From Lingula anatina (lineage: Eukaryota > Animalia > Brachiopoda), in NCBI GenBank assembly GCA_051362555.1, contig CM120640.1:5890001-5954000 (forward strand): DNA of 64,000 nucleotides, given 5' to 3'. Shown here piece after piece: positions 49,301-64,000 of the stretch; the first letter of the stretch is position 1, and each line of letters starts with the position of its first letter. Under the pieces are notes generated by a model. It had not been told where the DNA came from. It did no database searches and saw only the letters and a program-made list of their open reading frames with translations. Made by a program: the position numbers and the translations under genes.

Positions 49301-52300
49301 TGTGACTATATAGTCCATCTTACCTACCAATACCACTTCAGATGTCGAGTGGTACAATGTAAACCAAAAAAGAAAAGAAAAAAATTACTCCAGATGCGTA
49401 CATGTAAAAATTCCAGTCTTCCCATAAATACCCATGTGCAGCAGACTGCCTGTCACTGAAAAGGGCAGGAAAAAAAGAGAATTAGTGGTGTGTCCTATAC
49501 TTTCTTTACTCAGGTAAAACTTAATTGAAAAATATGAGTTACGCTGGAAGTAAAGTCAAAATGCGATGTTCTTACAAATCAATGCCTTTTACAGTTTAAT
49601 CAATGCTCTTTTCCTCAGTAAAACACAACAGAGGACAGAAAAATTTATGGACAATTAATTGAAATGATTTATCAGTCATTTTGTTTTTATCAAGACCCCC
49701 AACTTCCAAACCACAACAGTGTATGCAGGTTTGAACTTCAGATATTGCCACATTCTAATCTGCCATACAATTATATTCATCTTTCAGAGAGAACCTTCAC
49801 TAGTGACAGTATCAAGTTTCCTCTGCATGTAATCTTATCACAATGGTCAAGCCAAATGCAAAACAAAAATATATATCATATAACTCACTGACCTAAACAG
49901 TGTATTTTCCATTTATTTGCATTCCTTATAAGTTTATACAAGGTTATATTTCCCTTTAACAGTTGTTATACTTTTTCCGTTATAAATGCCAATTTTCTGT
50001 ACCCGAGTTTGTAATTATAATTTTTTTTCAGTGCCACTTTGGAAGCCATTGAGGTCATGAAAATGCAGAGAAACCTTGCTCTGTCGTATGTGACACTGAA
50101 CATTTCAAATATTCCCATTTATAGTCTTCAACTGGCTTGTTGGTCTGGAACCTGCAAATTACCCAGCATGTTTAGCACTACTTACTCTCAATCTTAGATG
50201 GCTAAAATAGTAACAAAACATTCTTTTTCACATGTGATAATTTTCGAACTGAAACACAGCCAAGAAATAAGATGGAAGCACAGTAGTGACATTAACATGT
50301 TGGATATATAAGACCTTCATAACTAACCAGCCTTGTTAGTGGCAAAATCTATCATAACATAATGAATCTGGCCATATCTGAAGCTAAAACCTTTTTCCAA
50401 CAACACTCCTCCTCCTCAAACCCCCCCCCCCCCCCCTCCCCTTCCCATTTCACAGAACTGATGAGGTGTAAACTCCATCAGTTAACAGTCACAACTGACT
50501 GAATAACATGGAAACAGGACACAATCTCCTACCTAACCACTTGATAAAGGAGTTCAGCAGGCACAGGATGCCCCGCATGTCCCACATGTAGGGATACAGA
50601 TCATATAGCAAGGAGCGGTTGGGGATTTTAAACAGCTTTTCAGCCAGCACCTTCACAGCTTCTACTGTCTCGTTGAACTTTTTGCTTCTGGTTTCCCATT
50701 CCTCCACCTAAAAAGAATAAATAAGAAAACATTACAGTATATTTGACATTTGCACAATATTACCTTGCTTAACAACAATCTTTCTTTTCAGGTAAAAACT
50801 GTTCTGTTTAAATGCATTCACAAAGAACATTATGTTATTCTATTAATATCTGAAAATGTGTCATATTACAAATATACAAGATTTTCATTTCATATTCGTC
50901 TACTTGTGAGGTGACTGTTCATACATACTAGAGGAGAGTGACCATTCTTTTTCTTGGATTCTGTCATACAACCAGAGTTGGCCTTTAACCAGTGGAATTC
51001 TGTGAGTAAATGAACTGCTTGTTGACCATGCTCAAAGGGCAGGTAGAATAAATCCACCAAGAGAGAAATATCTTCGTATGTGAGACGGTCCTTCTCAGGG
51101 ACCTCCATATTGTCTGTATCACAGGTATCAACTTGCATCGTGTTGTCAGCACCTTCAAGAGTCCTTCCACTAGCCCCATCAAGGTTGGAGTCGGCATCAC
51201 TTTTGGGTTCCATGTCACAGTCTGGGGCGATTCCCACAGTAGGGATGTAGTCCATGGGTTCGGAGTCACCTTTGTCGGAGGAATCCCCAGGCACTGCACT
51301 AGAGGGTTCCACAAGACTGTTCACTGGGAGCAAACTTGGTGCTGGCTGCATGTAAGATCCATCTATTTGCCCCAGCTGGTTCATATTTGTGATTGGTGGC
51401 AGGTCCTCGCCTGGGACTGGGGGGCAGGGATTGGCCAGAGGTGGAATGTTCAGACACTTTGCTGGCATGTTGCAGGGGGCCACATTACGCTTTGTGTAGA
51501 ATTCTGGGAGCCAATCAATTATGGCTGCCTTCAGAGCAACTTTGGGTTGATAACGGTTATCATATTTAGGTGGAATGTCTTCTTCTGAACAAGGCTGGAT
51601 ATTTTCAGTTTCTAGTCTAATATCTGACACAGTTGGACTCTCACCTGGAAAAATATAGTTAAATATGAAGTCAGACAGCATCCCTATAACTTAGCAATTT
51701 CACATTATATGGGTATTTACTATTAACATATTCACTACACAACTAATTGTTCCAATGTAAGCCTACTTATCAGTTTCAGGAAGGTTCTTTACAAATACAT
51801 TTTCTTGAGAAAAGATGCACAATTCCCTTCACTTAAATATCACTATATCAAATTCAAATATCACATAATATTGTAACCCAATCAAAACCTGCATACTTAC
51901 TTAATACAACATCTTTCCTAACTCCATCCATATTGCTTTTACTCCACTGAGCTATGGTATGTAAAGGAATGAAATTGGCTTCAAACTCACAGTTGGGATT
52001 CGTCAGGACACCATGAAGATATGGCACAAGATCAGTGGACCTTCCATCATACGGGCCCAAGAACAGTCTTTTCTGGTCATAATCATTAGCATGATAATTG
52101 TCCCATATTACAGGTGGTCTTTGGAGCACCTTTGTGACTTCTTCAATAGACTGAATTGTAATGTGTTTGGAAACAACGCGGGGTCCTGTCCACATGATGT
52201 CTATACCAGGCAGAAGTTTGGAACCTACAGTGTTCAGATATTCTGAACTAGCCACAGTGGGCATTGCACGTGTACCACAGTATTCTGAAATTTTATAAGA

Positions 52301-54151
52301 TTACCATGAAATATGTGGTTCTCATGAATTTTTGCTTAGTAAAACATCAAGAGCATCCAACTTGATAAGTCCTGGTTATTTTGAAGCAATGCAATAAACA
52401 TTTAAATACTACTCATATACCTGAATAAAACTAACATAAAACAACAATTAGCAGTGTCTTTACATTGAAACACACTTAGTTGAATATCACAATACCCACC
52501 CGTTGGACAAAAGAGAAATCCTGGCTGATTGAGATGTTGATACACTTCATTAGTGACATGAACTTGTGCATGTGCAAAAGACTGGAATAATTCTTTGTCT
52601 GCTGGGCACATCTCCGTCTCGATGTCATCAAAAAGGATGGCAAAAGCTGTACAACCAAATGCAGCCACCTAAAAAAAATTATAACATATCCAAATACAAC
52701 ATTTACAGTACACAGTTGTTTTACTGAAAAGTACTTCCTCAAAAGAGTATAATCAGAAGAAACTATTGACACAGTATAAAACAAGACAACACATACCTGT
52801 TCTAGTTTTCTTTTGAGACATGCTGCTTCTTTGGTGTTTGAAAAAGTTATGTCCAATCCTGGAGATATGGCATAGTAAAAAGTGATGTTGTTTTCTTTGG
52901 CCGCTTCAATCAAGTTAGTCAGATGTTCTAAAAGAAATTGAAGAGAAACATGACTCCCAATAAAACATTTTTTCATTTCATTGACATTATTGTTAGATTG
53001 GAGGGCTAAAAAACCTGAAATAAGATGGTCATCTAATCATTAAAATCAAACCAAAGCAAGCAAAGAGAAATACTGTTCCTTCTGGATGTCTAACTGTGGA
53101 CTTTTATCAGGATCATAAAATAGTTAAATACCCTAAAAACATAAGGGGGAAAACTGGTAACACAAATAAATTATATACAAGTGGATACAACTGAACTAGA
53201 TTATTCCGAGTTTCTTACATGGCTGAAGAAAATGAAAATGTTTCACACGTTTATCTTTGATTACAAAGATTAACCTTTATCTGCAAAATTAATAAGCAGT
53301 TCCACTTAATAAAATTTATCTTGAAGTAAGCCCAGAATATTTTTACCCTACAACTAAGCAATATCAAGTCATCACACCTGCTTCTTCAACAGAATAGAGT
53401 TCCCTCCAGTATGCTCTGTGTTTATAGTCATCTTTTGGCGCATACATGTAGGTATTAAGTCCCATTCTGTCCATCTTTCTGAAAAGATCTCGTCGTTGGT
53501 CGATGGTCCATGGTCTTCCGTAGAAACCTATAACAACAAGAAATGCATTTGTGATGGCCTCAAGATACCAAATCTAATGCCACATTTTGTGACTAAAATT
53601 TGTCGTAATGTCTTTTGAAATACAATTTGATATCATATTAATTTTTGTTACCAGTGGTACTGAAGGACTCTGTCCAGACTGACGATTTCAGTGTTGACCT
53701 ACTTCAGCATTGGAGAAAATGCCTGAGGAGAAACTAGACATTATAGAACAACATTGATTCACCTTATCTTAATCTGACTAAACTACATTGCATGGGTCAT
53801 TTAGAAGTAATAAGCACCACCTTGGCTTCCATTTGGGAGTAGTCAAATGAGGTTAACAAATTGTCGAATTACGATAACACATCAGAGAAAATTAACACTA
53901 ATTTCACGCAAATGAAAAAGGCCAACAGAACCGAATACGGGTGAAAACTAATTTGATACACATGGCACGAATAATTTTAATTAATTCGCCCAAAAGCACT
54001 GGTCTTTGCATATTTAACGAGCAGGCTGCGACCTCGGCGCACTGGTTGTGATGGCGAACGATATTTTTTATTTACCTTCAACGACACCACACAAGAAGTT
54101 CCCATTCAGTGAATTGATGTCCGAATCTAGATGATTCTTCACCTCCCGCAT
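46319..54151 (-). CDS. OGA: Protein O-GlcNAcase (GH84 catalytic domain, stalk, pseudo-HAT domain); 11 exons, 859 aa
   Basis: Minus-strand exons: 54076-54151, 53378-53527, 52797-52927, 52500-52668, 51901-52284, 50929-51644, 50533-50707, 48513-48598, 47292-47488, 46960-47152, 46319-46621 (2580 nt, in frame). Motifs [35 protein letters not shown], catalytic [60 protein letters not shown]. Confidence 0.96.
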
Positions 54152-54634
54152 TGGTATACTGATTACTGAAAAACTATTCTCGACTTTAATTTAACTGGTG
54201 ACTATTTGCCAACTATCTAAACCTTCTGTCGTCTTATTTTCCTCAAAACAAAATGTCGACACCCGTATTTTTCGCTAACATTCATATGTGTATGTAGTCA
54301 TGATTGGATACTTAGCCTTGACGTCATGCAAATGTTCACATGAACCAATGATGTCGTAGAAAAGAATTAGGTCTCTTATTGGACAGTCGGACTAAACTGG
54401 TTTTAACTGGATTTACGACTGTCAGCAGTTATAGTTTTACTGTTTCAGCCGGTGCATACCATATATGGCAATGCTAAATCTCCGTATTTGATATTAGCAA
54501 TAATTTTTGATTGTTTTCTTTTCACATATTTACACCTTAAATGATTGAAATGACAGTCAGAAAAATAATCCGAATTTATACTTTGCAAGCAGGTGCGCCT
54601 CACGGGCCCTATGCTGATGCGGCTACTAGGCTAT

Positions 54635-54669
<35 letters not shown>

Positions 54670-55614
54670 TTTTGCGAGGCCCCAACCTGTTATGTGCATC
54701 AGCCGGCGCTTCACTTGTCTGTGATCAGAATTATTGCTCAGTGTTCAGTTTGAGGATGAAATTAATTTATAATGGAGCGACGTCAACGATAGAAAGTCAT
54801 TGTAGGCCCTACATGTATAGGTACAGTAGGCCTATTGCAAATATGATATTCTGGTCTTCTGGAGTCTTCCACCTCTGCTTTTGAAACTGGACAAAACGGC
54901 TTTTACAAGAACCATGGGTATAACAGTAGCTTACCGTTTTTAAATAGCGACTTTAGTTGACTGCTGAGTTGTAAGGCACACCCACCGGCTGTCACCTTTA
55001 CTGATCCTAAAAACCACATAAAACGTCTTAAAAATAGGCCTACCACACTATAGTCTTTTTTTATTCATATAAAATACTAAATCGATCTTTCCCTTTTATT
55101 ATGGTACAATAGAGTGCGTGGCAGGGCTAAGGCCAATTTTAATTAGTTTTATGTGCTTTTTAGGTTCATTGAAAAATCAAGGTCGGCAGGTGAGTATGGG
55201 CACACCTCACATGAAACCTGTCGGGTTTAGCTGTCATATTTCTTAATGTCAAAATGCAATGAACTGAGTATGCGAACTTCATGTCTTTTTTCTTATATTT
55301 TCTTTTTTAGATCTTTCATTTCTTATTTAATTCATTTCTTTACAATGTAGGCCCTACATGTAGGCCTATATAAGCCTTTGTAAGTTTCCCTAGGGCTAAC
55401 GACATGTTCTATGTGTTCAAGTTTTTTCTTTTACTCTTACGCTTTCAATCATCCGTTTACCACGTATGAAATTCGTGAAGCAAGAAAATAAAATGTATTT
55501 TATAAACATATTATAGGCTACTTAAAAGTTTTGAAACACCTTGCACTACATTGATGCTGATGAACTAGTTTGGAATGCGCATGCGCCTGTGATAGGCGGC
55601 TGCAAACCATCATC
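54152..55614. promoter_or_regulatory. Divergent OGA/GOT1 promoter region
   Basis: Start codons ~1.46 kb apart, head-to-head. Perfect CRE TGACGTCA at 54319-54326 flanked by three CCAAT/ATTGG boxes (~54303, 54345, 54378). NRF1-type TGCGCATGCGC at 55576-55586. Confidence 0.6.
54633..54671. repeat. (ATTT)n microsatellite
   Basis: About 10 ATTT units. Confidence 0.85.
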
Positions 55615-61711
<6,097 letters not shown>

Positions 61712-64000
61712 TTTTTATTTCACAGTGCCTTGAGTAAATAACTTAGCATCAAGTTAATATTGGATAAAAATCTAACTGGACTGTTAAAGTTACTCAATGT
61801 ATTTAAAGACAGATATAAAAATCACTGAGTGGGGTCATTTGATTGAAATGTTAAATATATTCTACGTTTTAGTCATTTGATCATTTGAGGGTTTTTTTTT
61901 TTTTTTTTAGGAAATTATTTCACCAAATGTAAAGGTAACATAGATATACATTTAAAAGAAACTGGTCAATCATGAAGTAAATATAGTGAATGAACAATGG
62001 GTTGTGGTGGTCCTTAACTTTGAACTTTTTCATTGCAAATATTTAGCAATTGTTATTTAACCTCATTCTATGCAGAACTTGCTTTATGCCACTCACCTCA
62101 GGCAAGATGATTTAAGTCTGATAAATGTCAACGTTTATTTCATGTTGTTTTCTTAAATGCACCTATTTTCTTTTGAGATTGTCTACATAAGTGTCCAAAA
62201 GAACATTGACCCTTTTAAGTAATGTAATTACAATGTCTGCTCAAAAATTGCTTTTTTATGGGAAGTGAGAATGCAAGGAATGTATTTAATCATTCAGATA
62301 GCTGAGCACAAGCTAAGGAAAAAGTGGCTCTCAAAAATGTAGACTAATTATAAGAGATGATTGGGTTCAGTACCCACAAGAATAAAGAAGATAAGCACTA
62401 AGAAATAATTGAGCAAATCCGAATAATTTATTAGAAAATATGTGCCAAAACCCTTTGTAGTTTTAATTTGGCCTCACAGTGGTGTCTAAGTCTTCTGTAC
62501 AACAGAATGAAATTTAAAATTCACAGATCAACTTGTCCATTACCCCAATTTACAGCTTATTGATTGACAATTCAATAAATGTATGGCTGGAACAATTATT
62601 TGTAAAACGTTTTAATGTTTAAGCAACATCTTTATTTTTAAAGGAGACAGTGGGGCCAGTATTGTTAGAACAAGGCTGAAGTTAACTATTCAAAACTTTC
62701 ACTATAATTTGTAGATTGGATCTGTAATGTCAGCTGAATGTCACAAATAATATTGACAAAAAAGTAACTGTGAAGAAATAGTGTCCATCTCTGGTTTGCC
62801 ATTATTAAATTGTTACAACTGTCCAAGTTGTTTTAAATTTTATTTCTTAACATTTATTTCAGTGGTCTATGTGACCAGTGTGAGATCCTGTATGAATTGT
62901 TTTCCATATTCAGTATATTTGCACTTTATGAAATGCCAAGAAGCACAAATGAAAACTATTGCAACCAATTTAAATTATTTATTTACAATTTATTCATTAA
63001 AGAGTTGTTATGGCCAATCCGATTGATGTTACAATGAATTGTTCCTTAAACTAGATGGCGACATTAATATGCTGATTTATCAAATTTGACCTTTTACGGG
63101 TCACATGGTTATGCAGATATTCTGTAGTAGTATTTGTATTGTGCTGGTAAACGTTGGAATTAATACGTGTATAAATAGTAGAATCTGTGATATTGTTGAT
63201 TTTAACACAATTTGATCAGATAGTATTTGGTTTCCTTTTACTCCCAAACTAAGCCCTGGTAAGACAGGTGTAGCCAGTTATTTCTAGCGGTCTCACTGTT
63301 CTTGTATTACTGCTAACACTTTCTGCGTATTTGTTTCTTGCACTGGTTGTTATTAAACGTGGACCATCAAGGATTGTTTCCGTTGCATGTACTTTTAAAC
63401 TTTCGGTACTTATCATTGTTTGTGTTTTCATTGTATGTGATTGTTTGATTTACAGGAATGAAACTTGTTTGGGTCTTTATGTTTTTGACTTTTTTTCTAT
63501 CTTCAACGTTCAGTGCTTGTGTCCAAGTTGTATATTATAATAATGGTCTATTCGGTAGATTTAATTAAATTAGGTAAGAGGTTTATTATTAAAACTAAAT
63601 TGTTTCTAATACACTCAACGAGTGACTTAGAAATTAAAAAGACTAATTTATAAAAGAGTTCTTACACGTACAGTTTGACTATATCTTCTCATAAGCAAAA
63701 AAAATTCTGTATGCAAAATAGTAATGATGTTGAAAATTTGTGCCGTTCATTTTGAAAATCGTTCCAGCTAATAATTTCATCTCATTACGCAAGATTGAAA
63801 CTCAAAAGGGGTGGAATATAGACTCACTGGCGGCAAGATATGTGCTTAAACTGGGAATATCTTTATTCGATGTCTTCGCATGGAGGGACGAGTTTCTTTT
63901 TCTCTGCTTTTAATGTATACGAGTAGATATACATATTCTTATAATTGACGTTAGCTGTTTTACGTGGTTTCTATTATTTCAGCAACAATGACATCATGTT

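Noticed and set aside
50985-51588. 109-aa and 151-aa ORFs overlapping OGA exon 6
   Set aside because: Alternative-frame and antisense shadows of the OGA low-complexity linker.
63249-64000. Short ORFs and a possible splice acceptor (tattatttcag, ~63982) at the window end
   Set aside because: Too little sequence and no motif support to call a gene.

Overview
This is eukaryotic (animal) genomic DNA: AT-rich, with GT-AG introns. The gene content fits a marine invertebrate, possibly a lophotrochozoan, but the taxon cannot be fixed from the sequence. I reconstructed five genes by hand. (1) A single-coding-exon, secreted and probably GPI-anchored Cys-rich protein with an internal ShKT-like module (1915-3930,+). 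(2) A 31-exon, ~1760-aa subgroup-B (pentameric, COMP/TSP3/4-type) thrombospondin (9646-44992,+). Its EGF region is expanded to ~21 modules, including seven tandem, near-identical, phase-0 exons, six of which encode RGD, and it ends in an unusual acidic Tyr-rich tail. (3) A rhodopsin-class peptide-receptor-like GPCR nested antisense in a thrombospondin intron (26910-28247,-). (4) O-GlcNAcase, OGA (46319-54151,-, 11 exons). (5) Cytosolic aspartate aminotransferase, GOT1 (55615-61711,+, 9 exons), head-to-head with OGA and ending in -PKL. There is also a decayed Tc1/mariner element with TIRs, several MITE-like elements and microsatellites. The most interesting signals are the RGD exon-cassette array in the thrombospondin, the interleaved GPCR, and cryptic exons in the two OGA introns that appear to match the regulated introns of mammalian OGA. 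All exon models were read by eye and have no transcript support.
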